A stretch of 18,905 nt of DNA from Vulcanimicrobiota bacterium (GTDB lineage: Bacteria; Vulcanimicrobiota; Vulcanimicrobiia; Vulcanimicrobiales; Vulcanimicrobiaceae). The first letter of the stretch is position 1, and each line of letters opens with the position of its first letter. The notes below the pieces were generated by a model. The model did not search any database. It was not told the DNA's origin and saw only the letters and a list, made by a program, of their open reading frames with translations. The position numbers and the translations under genes are program-made. Positions 8,597 to 16,534 of this stretch are shown here, piece after piece. The DNA is taken from positions 338 to 19,242 of the forward strand of contig PLCF01000018.1 in assembly GCA_003135555.1 (NCBI GenBank), given 5' to 3'.

Positions 8597-9049
8597 TCAG
8601 CGGCGCTGCTTGCGCGCGGCGTGGTCGGCGGCCAACGCATCGAGCGCTTCGAGGTACGAGCCGATCCCGTGGCCGGTGAAGCGATGGACGCAGACGTCGC
8701 GCACGACCGAGATCTTGCGAAACGCGCCTTCGCGGTTGTCGACGTCGGAGAGGTGCACTTCGGCGGCCGGCAACGCGACGGCGAGCAGGGCGTCGCGGAT
8801 CGCGTACGAGTAGTGCGTGAACGCCGCCGGGTTGATCACGATCGCGTCGGCCCACTTGCGGCTGCGGTGCAGCTCGTCGACGATCGCGCCTTCGTGGTTG
8901 GACTGGAAAAACCGCACGCGCTGGCGCAGTTTGCGCGCCCGCGCGCGAACCTCGCGCTCGAGATCGCGCAGCGTCTTGCGCCCGTAGATCTCCGGCTCGC
9001 GCTCGCCCAGCAGGTTGAGGTTGGGCCCGTTGATGACCAGAATGTTCAT
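8597..9049 (-). CDS. aroQ: Type II 3-dehydroquinate dehydratase
   Basis: NGPNLNLLGEREPEIYG, FQSNHEG, INPAAFTHYSYAIRDA, EVHLS; ATGA overlap with the upstream gene. Confidence 0.96.
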   Translation of the reverse strand: MNILVINGPNLNLLGEREPEIYGRKTLRDLEREVRARARKLRQRVRFFQSNHEGAIVDELHRSRKWADAIVINPAAFTHYSYAIRDALLAVALPAAEVHLSDVDNREGAFRKISVVRDVCVHRFTGHGIGSYLEALDALAADHAARKQRR

Positions 9050-10623
9050 GAGTATCCGATCGCGGCCAGCGCGGCGCGTACGTCTTCGGCACGCACCCCG
9101 TCGTGGAGCCGCGCGCTGCCGATCGCGTCGAGCAGCACGTACTGCGTCCCGCCCGCGTGGCGCTTCTTGTCGCGGCGCGTCGCCTCGACGATCGCAGCGG
9201 GGTCGAGCGCGCGCCATGCCGGCGGGACCGGTAGCGCGGCGAGGTGCGCGTCGGCGTCGGCACGCACGCCGTCGTCGAGGCTGCCGCAGGCGACCGAGAG
9301 CGCCAGCGCGGCGCGCATCCCGACGATCACCGCCTCGCCGTGGCGCAGCGTGCCGTAGCCCGCGACCTTCTCGATCGCGTGGCCGACGGTGTGACCGAAG
9401 TTGAGGACCGCGCGGGTACCGGTGCGATCGTCCTCGTCGCGCGCGACGATCTCGGCTTTGAGCTCGACGCAGCGCGCGATCGCGTCGAGCGCCGTCGCGG
9501 GATCGTCGAGTAGCGCCGTCTCGCCGGCGCGCAGCGTGCGGTAGAGTTGGGCGTCGAGCGCCAAACCGCACTTGAGCATCTCGCCGTAACCGGAGACGAC
9601 GTCGCGGCGCGGCAGCGTGCGCAGCGCCTGCGGCGCGATCGCGACGTGGGCCGGCTGGGTAACCGTCCCGACGAGGTTCTTGCCGCTGGGCAAGTTGATC
9701 GCCGTCTTGCCGCCGATGGCGGCATCGACCGCCGCGAGCAGCGTCGTCGGGACGGCAACGTAGGGAACGCCGCGCTGATAGGTCGCCGCCGCGAAGCCGA
9801 CGACGTCGCCGATCGTACCGCCGCCCACGCCGACGATCACCCCATGGCGGTCGAGTCCGGCGTCGACGAAGCGGTCGTAGAGCGCGCCCAGCGCCGCCAG
9901 CGACTTGAGCGACTCGTCGGCGTCGACGCACAGCAGCGTAGCCTCGACGTGCGCGGCGGCGTAGCCGTGCCTGACGCGCTCGCCGAGCTCTTCGACGCTA
10001 CGGTCGGCGACGATCACGACCCGCCCGCCGGGGAGCGGCGTGATGCGCGCGGGGAGATCGTCGAGCACGTACGGTCCGATCGTGACCTCGTACGGCCGCC
10101 CGGCGGCGACGCGCACGACCCGTTCGCCGCCCAGCGCGAGATCGATCGCGCGCGCGACCTCGGGCGGCGCCACGTCGTCGACCGCGACGCGCACCGCCGC
10201 GCTGAGGTAGCGCGGCCGGCGGGCCGCGTGCAACCGCGCCAGCGCGTCGGGGTCGCGCAGCAGTGGACGGGTACCGGCGGCGTGCGCGGCGCGCCGGGCG
10301 CACGTCGCCAAGCCGGCGTCGAGAAAGACCAGCGTGCCGCTCGACGCGACGCTGCGGCGGTTGGCGGCGTCTTCGAGCGCGCCCGCGCCCAAGGCCACGA
10401 TCGCGCCGCCGCGTGCGGCCAGCGCGCCGATCGCCTCGCGCTCGCGCTCGCGGAACGCCGGCTCGCCCTCGTCCTCGACGTAGCGCGCGATCGAGCGGCC
10501 GGTCTGGTTTTCGATGAGCGTGTCGACGTCGATCGCTTCGAGCCCGCGCAGCGCCGCGAGCAGCGGCGCGACGGTGGACTTGCCGGCGCCCGGCGGCCCG
10601 CACAGGTAGACGTTAGCGGGCAC
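9046..10623 (-). CDS. aroB: Bifunctional shikimate kinase / 3-dehydroquinate synthase (AroK-AroB fusion), 525 aa
   Basis: N-terminal P-loop GPPGAGKST, GEPAFRERE, RPLL. C-terminal GGGTIGDVVGF, PTTLLAAVDAAIGGKT, LNFGHTVGHAIE, HGEAV, DKK. Confidence 0.94.
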   Translation of the reverse strand: MPANVYLCGPPGAGKSTVAPLLAALRGLEAIDVDTLIENQTGRSIARYVEDEGEPAFREREREAIGALAARGGAIVALGAGALEDAANRRSVASSGTLVFLDAGLATCARRAAHAAGTRPLLRDPDALARLHAARRPRYLSAAVRVAVDDVAPPEVARAIDLALGGERVVRVAAGRPYEVTIGPYVLDDLPARITPLPGGRVVIVADRSVEELGERVRHGYAAAHVEATLLCVDADESLKSLAALGALYDRFVDAGLDRHGVIVGVGGGTIGDVVGFAAATYQRGVPYVAVPTTLLAAVDAAIGGKTAINLPSGKNLVGTVTQPAHVAIAPQALRTLPRRDVVSGYGEMLKCGLALDAQLYRTLRAGETALLDDPATALDAIARCVELKAEIVARDEDDRTGTRAVLNFGHTVGHAIEKVAGYGTLRHGEAVIVGMRAALALSVACGSLDDGVRADADAHLAALPVPPAWRALDPAAIVEATRRDKKRHAGGTQYVLLDAIGSARLHDGVRAEDVRAALAAIGYS

Positions 10624-11776
10624 GAACCGTCCGCTCCCAAGCCGCGACGCGTTCGCGCAGCTCGTCCATCGAGTCGCCGCCGAACTTGTCGAGCACGGCG
10701 TCGGCCAACGCCAGCGCGAGCAGCGACTCGCCGATGACCGCGGCCGCCGGCACCGCGCACGTATCGCTGCGCTCGATGTGCGCGCGCGTCGCTTCGCCGG
10801 TGCGCAGATCGACGGAGTCCAAGGGTCGCATCAGCGTCGCGATCGGCTTCATCGCCGCGCGCACGACGATCGGCTGCCCGGTCGACATCCCGCCTTCGAT
10901 CCCGCCGGCGCGGTTGCTGCGATAGCGCGTGCGCACACCGTCACCGGGCTCGTACTCGTCGTGCGCTTGGGAACCCAACCGCGCCGCGGCGCCGAAGCCC
11001 AAGCCGATCTCGACGCCCTTGATCGCGTTGAGCGCCATGAAGGTGCGCCCCACCTCGCCTTCGAGCCGGCGGTCCCATTGCGCGTACGACCCCAGCGCGA
11101 CGGGGACGCCGCGCGCGACGACCTCGAACACGCCGCCGACCGAATCGCCGGCTTCCTTGGCGGCTTCGATCTCGCGCACCATCGCTGCGGCCGCGGCCGC
11201 ATCGAGCGCGCGCACGGGGGAAGCGTCGATCTCTTCGGGCGGCACGTCCCGCCACGGCGTGTCGTCGACCGCGCCGCCGATGCGCACCACCCGGCTCGCG
11301 ATGGTGATCCCCAGTTCGGCGAGCAGGGCGCGCGCCACCGTGCCCAGCGCGACGCGCATCGCCGTCTCGCGCGCGCTGGCGCGTTCGAGCACGTCGCGCA
11401 GGTCGTCGCGGGCGTACTTGATCCCGCCGATGCGGTCGGCATGGCCGGGTCGCGGCACGTGGACTTGGCGCGCCGCCGGCTCGCCGCCGGCGGGCGGATC
11501 GACCCGCATGATCTCGGCCCAGCGCACGTGGTCCTTGTTCTCCAGGATCAGTGCGATGGGGCTGCCGATGGTGATGCCGCGCCGCACGCCGCCCACGATG
11601 CGAATCTCGTCGGTCTCGATCGCCTGACGATTGCCGCGACCGAAGCCGAGCTTGCGGCGGCGCGCCTGGGCCAGCAGCATCTCGGCGTCGAGCGCGAGCC
11701 CGCTGGGGATCCCCTCCATGATGCCGATCAAAGCCGGCCCGTGCGACTCACCCGCGGTCAGGAAGCGCAAGTTCAT
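10613..11776 (-). CDS. aroC: Chorismate synthase
   Basis: MNLRFLTAGESHGP, PRPGHAD, ERASARETA, SNRAGGIEGGMS, MKPIATL, ERSDTC; ATGA overlap with aroE. Confidence 0.97.
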   Translation of the reverse strand: MNLRFLTAGESHGPALIGIMEGIPSGLALDAEMLLAQARRRKLGFGRGNRQAIETDEIRIVGGVRRGITIGSPIALILENKDHVRWAEIMRVDPPAGGEPAARQVHVPRPGHADRIGGIKYARDDLRDVLERASARETAMRVALGTVARALLAELGITIASRVVRIGGAVDDTPWRDVPPEEIDASPVRALDAAAAAAMVREIEAAKEAGDSVGGVFEVVARGVPVALGSYAQWDRRLEGEVGRTFMALNAIKGVEIGLGFGAAARLGSQAHDEYEPGDGVRTRYRSNRAGGIEGGMSTGQPIVVRAAMKPIATLMRPLDSVDLRTGEATRAHIERSDTCAVPAAAVIGESLLALALADAVLDKFGGDSMDELRERVAAWERTVRAR

Positions 11777-12558
11777 GCGATCGTCTCCAGTCGCGGTGCA
11801 AACCCGAACCAGCGCTCGAACGTCGCCGCGGCTTGCGCGACGAACATCGCCGTCCCCGGGACGGTGCGCATCCCGCGTGCCCGCGCTTCGATCAGAAACG
11901 GCGTGTCCTCGGGGACGTAGACGAGATCGAAGGCGGTCGAGCCCGGCTGCGCGTCGCGCGGCAGCAGCGAGCCTGCAGCGTGGCCTTGCATGCCGACGGG
12001 CGTGGCGTTGACGTAGAGATCCGCTGCAGGCACCGCGTCGAGGCTGCACGCGGCGGCGCCGAAGTCGGCGGCGACGGCGCGGGCCCGTGCGAGGTCGCGC
12101 GCCGCGATCGTGAGCGCGGCTGCACCGCCGCGCCGCGCCGCCTGGGCGACCGCGCGCGCCGCGCCGCCCGCGCCGAGCACCGCGACGCGCGCACCGCGCA
12201 GCGCGACGTCGTATTGCGCGAGCGCAGCCTCGATCCCCGCGACGTCGGTGTTGTCGGCGACCAAGGTCTGCCCGACGCGGGTGAGGACGTTCGCGGCACC
12301 GCAGGCACGCGCCGCACTCTCGATCCGGTCGGCCAGCTCGAGCGCGCGTTCCTTGTGCGGCAGCGTGACGTTGCAACCGACGAACTCCGGCGTCGCGCGC
12401 CAGCGCGCGAGCGTCGCGGCGAGGTCGGCGGGCGCTACGTCGACGGCGTCGTACAGCAGCGCGATCCCGGACGCAGCCGCGAAGCGTGCGAACAGCGCCG
12501 GCGACCGGCTGTGGGCGACCGGGTGCCCGATCACGGCCGCGCGGCGCGGCGCGCTCAT
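11773..12558 (-). CDS. aroE: Shikimate dehydrogenase
   Basis: GHPVAHSRSP, GCNVTLPHK, NTD, GAGGAARA, NATPVGM, DLVY, MFVAQA. Confidence 0.95.
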   Translation of the reverse strand: MSAPRRAAVIGHPVAHSRSPALFARFAAASGIALLYDAVDVAPADLAATLARWRATPEFVGCNVTLPHKERALELADRIESAARACGAANVLTRVGQTLVADNTDVAGIEAALAQYDVALRGARVAVLGAGGAARAVAQAARRGGAAALTIAARDLARARAVAADFGAAACSLDAVPAADLYVNATPVGMQGHAAGSLLPRDAQPGSTAFDLVYVPEDTPFLIEARARGMRTVPGTAMFVAQAAATFERWFGFAPRLETIA

Positions 12559-13808
12559 CGCACGCCGTCCAGCGCGCGCGCGAACCCCGGAAACGATACG
12601 GCCATGCAGTCGGGGTCGTCCAGCCGCACGTCGATCCCTGCAGCATGACCGGCGACCGCGAAGGCCATCGCGATGCGATGATCGCCGGCGGTGACGACGG
12701 CGCCGTCGTGCAGCGTGGCCGGCCCGCGCACGGCAAAGCCGTCGGGCGCGGTCTCGACCTCGATGCCCAGCGCGCGCGCCGCGTGCGCGAACGTGTCGAT
12801 CCGGTCGGACTCTTTCACGCGCAGCTCGGCGGCGCCCGAGACGCTCGTCCGGCCGTGCGCGAAGGCGCCCAAAACGCCGACCAGCGGCAGCTCGTCGATC
12901 AAGCCGGGGACCTCGCCGGGAGCGATGACCACCGCGCTCAACCGTGCACCGCGCACGCTCACGCGCCCGTGCGGCTCGGGGCCGGTGCTCGTCTGCGATA
13001 CCTCGACGTCCGCGCCGAAGCGCCGCAACACGTCCAGAAACGCCGTGCGGGTGGGGTTGAGCCCGACGTCGTCGAGCGTCGCGTGCGCGCCCGGGACCGC
13101 CGCGGCCGCCGCGAGCAGAAACGCCGCACTCGACAGGTCGCCCGGGACGTGCAACTGCGTCGCCTGCGGCGTTTGCGGACCCTCGACGACGAGTGCGTCG
13201 CCGTCGTGCCGGCAGCGCACGCCGAAGGCTTCGAAGAGCCGCTCGGTGTGGTCGCGCGTCGCGAGCTGCCCGGTCAGCCGCGTCGGGCCGTGCGCGCCTA
13301 GGGCCGCGAACAAGACCGCCGACTTCACCTGTGCGCTGGGGACCTCGATTGCGACCGCTGCACCGCGCGCTGCGGCGTTGCCGTGCACGACCAGCGGGGC
13401 CGTCCCGGCCGGCGACAGCTCGATGCGCGCGCCGAAGGCGGCCAGCGGTGCGGCGACGCGCCGCATCGGACGCGCGCGCAGCGACGCATCGCCGTCGAGC
13501 GTGGCGACGATCGCCCGCGTCGCGAGCAGTCCGGTCAACAACCGGATCGTCGTCCCGCTGTTGCCGCAGTCGATCGGCTCGGGCGGCGCGATCAGCGTGC
13601 CGGCGCCGCCGCTGACCACCAGCACGTCACCCTCGCGGCGCATCGTCACCCCGAGCGCGCCGAGCGCGCGTTGCGTCGAGCGCACGTCGAGTCCGGCGGG
13701 GAGGTTGAACAGCCGCGACTCCCCCTGCGCCAGCGCAGCCAGCATCAGCGCGCGGTGCGCGATCGACTTGTCGCCGGGAACGGTCATCGGTGGAATGGTC
13801 GCCGTCAT
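12555..13808 (-). CDS. aroA: 3-phosphoshikimate 1-carboxyvinyltransferase (EPSP synthase)
   Basis: PGDKSIAHRA, DCGNSGTTIRL, RPMRR, SAQVKS, RDHTE, NPTR, IDELP, KESDRI, DHRIAM. Confidence 0.97.
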   Translation of the reverse strand: MTATIPPMTVPGDKSIAHRALMLAALAQGESRLFNLPAGLDVRSTQRALGALGVTMRREGDVLVVSGGAGTLIAPPEPIDCGNSGTTIRLLTGLLATRAIVATLDGDASLRARPMRRVAAPLAAFGARIELSPAGTAPLVVHGNAAARGAAVAIEVPSAQVKSAVLFAALGAHGPTRLTGQLATRDHTERLFEAFGVRCRHDGDALVVEGPQTPQATQLHVPGDLSSAAFLLAAAAAVPGAHATLDDVGLNPTRTAFLDVLRRFGADVEVSQTSTGPEPHGRVSVRGARLSAVVIAPGEVPGLIDELPLVGVLGAFAHGRTSVSGAAELRVKESDRIDTFAHAARALGIEVETAPDGFAVRGPATLHDGAVVTAGDHRIAMAFAVAGHAAGIDVRLDDPDCMAVSFPGFARALDGVR

Positions 13809-13823
13809 CGTCCTTGCTGGTCC

Positions 13824-13864
13824 GGAAAAGAGAGCGGGCCCCTCGCCTTCGGCGAGGGGCCCGC
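13824..13864 (-). terminator. Intrinsic terminator of the aro operon leader (attenuator)
   Basis: Perfect 14-bp stem GCGGGCCCCTCGCC-GAA-GGCGAGGGGCCCGC (13864-13834) followed on the minus strand by TCTCTTTT. It lies upstream of aroA in the same orientation. Confidence 0.88.
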
Positions 13865-13914
13865 GCAGTGGAGTGGGTGGTGGATGCTGCTACTGCGCGA
13901 CGCCGAACTCGACC
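13851..13914 (-). promoter_or_regulatory. Predicted antiterminator helix, mutually exclusive with the terminator
   Basis: Minus-strand GGTCGAGTTCGGCGTCGCGCAGT (13914-13892) pairs with ACTGCGCGGGCCCCTCGCC (13869-13851): perfect 8-bp core CGCGCAGT/ACTGCGCG plus U-G, GGC/GCC and CGAG/CTCG. This sequesters the terminator 5' arm. Confidence 0.7.
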
Positions 13915-13967
13915 GACACGAATTTCGTGGATCCGTACGAATAGCGATACGCAGCGCGATGCGACAT
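13890..13967 (-). CDS. Putative Tyr/Phe-rich leader peptide of the aro operon, 25 aa (MSHRAAYRYSYGSTKFVSVEFGVAQ)
   Basis: ATG 13967 to TAG 13890; Tyr codons at 7, 9, 11 (TAT, TAT, TAC) and Phe at 16 and 21; ends 25 nt before the terminator stem. Confidence 0.75.
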   Translation of the reverse strand: MSHRAAYRYSYGSTKFVSVEFGVAQ

Positions 13968-13975
13968 GTCCGCTG

Positions 13976-14005
13976 AGTAAAGCCTAGCGGTGCGGCTCTT
14001 GTCAA
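13976..14005 (-). promoter_or_regulatory. Putative promoter of the aro leader
   Basis: Perfect TTGACA (14005-14000), 18-nt spacer, imperfect -10 TTTACT (13981-13976), 8 nt before the leader ATG. Confidence 0.5.
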
Positions 14006-14113
14006 CCGAGCCAGGCTCAGGCGGCTTGGGACGGCCCCGTTTGGCCGAGGCCGCTCGCACCGTAGGTCCGCGGCCCCCGCGGCCGGTCCCGGGCCCGAAC
14101 CGCCCAACCGCCC

Positions 14114-14137
14114 GGGACGCCGCCGCCGCACGGCGAA
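14114..14137 (+). promoter_or_regulatory. GGGA-N16-CGAA motif (SigH-like promoter candidate)
   Basis: GGGA 14114-14117 and CGAA 14134-14137, 12 nt before the ATG; the same geometry occurs at 17751-17728. Confidence 0.4.
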
Positions 14138-14149
14138 CGCGCCCGCCCG

Positions 14150-15328
14150 ATGACGACGCTCGCGGTTCCCCCCTCACTCCTGGCGCAGGCGGTCGCCGTG
14201 CGGCGCGATCTCCACATGCATCCCGAGCTCGCCTTCGAGGAGCATCGCACGGCGGGGATCGTGGCCGAGCGCATGCGCGCGCTGGGGCTCGAGGTGCACG
14301 AGCGCATCGGCCAGACCGGCGTGGTCGGGCTGCTCGACGGGGCGCAGCCCGGCCCGACGATCATGCTGCGCGCCGACATGGATGCGCTGCCGTTGACCGA
14401 GGAAAACGACGTACCGTACGTCTCGCGCAACCCCGGGGTCACGCATGCCTGCGGACACGACGCGCACGTTGCGATGTTGCTGGGCGCCGTCGAGGTCGTC
14501 CGCGAGCGGCGCGGCGAGCTGTGCGGGCGCATCGCGTTCGTGTTCCAGCCGGCCGAAGAAGGCGGCGGCGGCGCGCTGGCGATGCTCGAGGAGGGGCTCA
14601 TCGAGCGCTTCGCCATCGAGCGCGCCTACGGGCTGCACGTGACGACGATCTTTCCGTCGGGTGCCTTTGCGTTGCGGCCCGGCCCGTTGATGGCCGCGGT
14701 CGACTCGTTCGACCTCGTCGTCGAAGGCGTCGGCGGTCACGGCGCTATGCCGCAGCGCGCGGTGGACCCGGTCGTCGTCGCCGCCGACCTAGTCGGCGGC
14801 TTGCAGCGCATCGTGAGCCGCGAGATCGACCCGATCGAACCCGCGGTGATCACGATCGGCGCGATCAACGGCGGCACGACCTACAACGTGATCCCGCCAC
14901 GCGTCGCCCTCAAGGGCACCGTGCGCACGTTCGACCAGGCGACGCGCGACACGATGGAGGCGCGCATCCGGCGCATCGCCGAGCACACCTGCGCCGCGGC
15001 CAACGCGACCTGCTCGTTAGCTTGGCATCCGTCCTATCCGGTGACCGCGAACGACCCGCACGAGGCGGCGTTCGTGCGCGCGACGCTGGCCGCGCATTTC
15101 GGCGCCGAACGCGTGCTCGAGTCGCCGCCGGTGATGGGCAGCGAAGATTTCTCGTACTTCGCGCAGGCCGTTCCGGCGTGCTTCTGGTTCTTGGGCGCGG
15201 GTGACGACGAGCATCGTTTCCCCAACCACCATCCGGCCTTCGACATCGACGAAACCGCGCTCGGCGCCGGGATCGCGGCGCACGTCGCGGTCGCGCTTGC
15301 CGGGGCGGCTCGCGGCTCGGGCCCCTAG
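14150..15328 (+). CDS. M20D family amidohydrolase (aminoacylase/hippurate hydrolase-like)
   Basis: RRDLHMHPELAFEE, LRADMDALP, HACGHDAH, FQPAEEG, GGHGAMP, GSEDFSY, HHPAFDIDE. Confidence 0.94.
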   Translation: MTTLAVPPSLLAQAVAVRRDLHMHPELAFEEHRTAGIVAERMRALGLEVHERIGQTGVVGLLDGAQPGPTIMLRADMDALPLTEENDVPYVSRNPGVTHACGHDAHVAMLLGAVEVVRERRGELCGRIAFVFQPAEEGGGGALAMLEEGLIERFAIERAYGLHVTTIFPSGAFALRPGPLMAAVDSFDLVVEGVGGHGAMPQRAVDPVVVAADLVGGLQRIVSREIDPIEPAVITIGAINGGTTYNVIPPRVALKGTVRTFDQATRDTMEARIRRIAEHTCAAANATCSLAWHPSYPVTANDPHEAAFVRATLAAHFGAERVLESPPVMGSEDFSYFAQAVPACFWFLGAGDDEHRFPNHHPAFDIDETALGAGIAAHVAVALAGAARGSGP

Positions 15329-15345
15329 CATCCGGCACCCGTTTG

Positions 15346-15354
15346 TGCTACGCT
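15346..15354 (+). promoter_or_regulatory. Possible extended -10 (TGCTACGCT) for the two-gene pair
   Basis: TGn-TACGCT in the intergenic gap, 45 nt before ATG 15400. Confidence 0.35.
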
Positions 15355-15399
15355 TGGTCGACTTCACGAGCCGAGCACGAGCGGGAAAGCGTGGGGCGG

Positions 15400-16521
15400 A
15401 TGATCGCCATCGAAGCCATCAAGTTCAACCACGATACGGGCTCCGCGTCGCACGACGCGCTGAACCTGCGCAGGAACGCGACGAACTTCGTCACCGTCCC
15501 CGAGTGGCGGCGCTTCATCTGCGTCAATCCGGAGGACTCGCCTGCGGCGTACGCGGTCGCACCGACGCACGGCAAGACGATAACGATCCAGGCGTCGTTC
15601 AGCTCCACGGATTTGGCGCTCGGCCAGGCCGAGATCCGCGCCGAGCATCGTGTGAAGCCGCAGCTGGTTCCGTTCGTGAGCGGCAGCAGCGGCTACGTGA
15701 CGCTGGAGCTGATCGACCCGCCGGTGCACGAGCGCCGCGTCGGTTTGTACGACCAGACGTGGGAGTGGGAGTACCGCATTCCGCCCCACCACGAGTGGAA
15801 GCAGTTCGGGATCACGCGCCACCGGTTCTACGTCGTCCTCGACGTGCCGACGGCACCCTGGCAGCAGGCGCCGTACACCGCCGCCAACACGCAACTGCTC
15901 TGGAGCGACGTGCTCGACTACGCGTGCCGCTGGGCCGCCGGTGCGACGACAAAGGATGCGGCCGCGGGGCGCGTGACGCACAGCGTGAACGCGCTGGGTC
16001 CCGCGGTGATGACGTACGACTGTCCGGGCGGCGGCGGCTCGAACTACAGCGGTGGACCGTTCGAGTGCAGCGCCTTCCTACAGCTGCTGCACGGCGGAGT
16101 CGGTAACGGGATCTACGTCAACTGCAGCGACTGCGCGACAATCACCTCGACGTTCGCCGACGCGCTCGGCTGCGATCTCTGGCAGTCGCAGATGGGCTAC
16201 GGCTTCGATCTCAACGAGATGATCGCGATCGGCGCGGCGACGTTCCAGCTTGCGTGCGGATTCTGGACCAGCTTCAGCTATCACGAGGTCGCGTGGGAGG
16301 GCGCGTGCACGCAGGCCGAAGACGTGTTCGACGCGTGCCTGAAAGTCAACGGCGGGCCGAATCCGATCGGCGCACCGTGGGTACCACTGCTGCCGGTTGA
16401 TGCGCGCTTCGGAACCACCGGCTCCGGAGAGTACCGCGACCGGCTGGCGACACCCGCCCCGACCGGGCGCCCGAAGTGCAACCCGCAGCCCGGAACGCGC
16501 CAGCGGCGCGCGCTCGTCTAG
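15400..16521 (+). CDS. Hypothetical protein with a putative transglutaminase/papain-like Cys-His-Asp core, 373 aa
   Basis: Likely ATG 15400. VNCSDCATITSTFADALG, FSYHEVAW and VFDAC give Cys242, His295 and Asp311. No signal peptide. The fold assignment is inference. Confidence 0.75.
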   Translation: MIAIEAIKFNHDTGSASHDALNLRRNATNFVTVPEWRRFICVNPEDSPAAYAVAPTHGKTITIQASFSSTDLALGQAEIRAEHRVKPQLVPFVSGSSGYVTLELIDPPVHERRVGLYDQTWEWEYRIPPHHEWKQFGITRHRFYVVLDVPTAPWQQAPYTAANTQLLWSDVLDYACRWAAGATTKDAAAGRVTHSVNALGPAVMTYDCPGGGGSNYSGGPFECSAFLQLLHGGVGNGIYVNCSDCATITSTFADALGCDLWQSQMGYGFDLNEMIAIGAATFQLACGFWTSFSYHEVAWEGACTQAEDVFDACLKVNGGPNPIGAPWVPLLPVDARFGTTGSGEYRDRLATPAPTGRPKCNPQPGTRQRRALV

Positions 16522-16534
16522 GAGAAGGTATCTC

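Noticed and set aside
10613..12736. 707-aa ORF suggesting an AroC fusion (similar over-extensions at 6682..8640, 7605..9263, 8597..9931, 3920..5452, 2590..3723, 2790..3839)
   Set aside because: The N-terminal extensions overlap real genes in other frames; internal starts match family N-termini and stop/start overlaps.
13917..13929. Small palindrome CACGA-ATT-TCGTG within the leader ORF
   Set aside because: Only a 5-bp stem; could be a pause hairpin but is too short to call.
6643..13976. Many long plus-strand ORFs over the aro operon and downstream genes
   Set aside because: Shadow frames opposite well-supported minus-strand genes.
13809..14005. T-box or metabolite riboswitch as the explanation for the aro terminator
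   Set aside because: No T-box consensus or recognisable aptamer; the uORF plus antiterminator explains the layout better.
13890..14177. 95-aa version of the leader ORF
   Set aside because: It spans the predicted promoter and overlaps the amidohydrolase start; only the part from ATG 13967 fits an attenuator.
15343..15399. ORF-track start at 15343 for the Cys-His-Asp protein
   Set aside because: It overlaps the candidate -10 and lacks an RBS; ATG 15400 is preferred.
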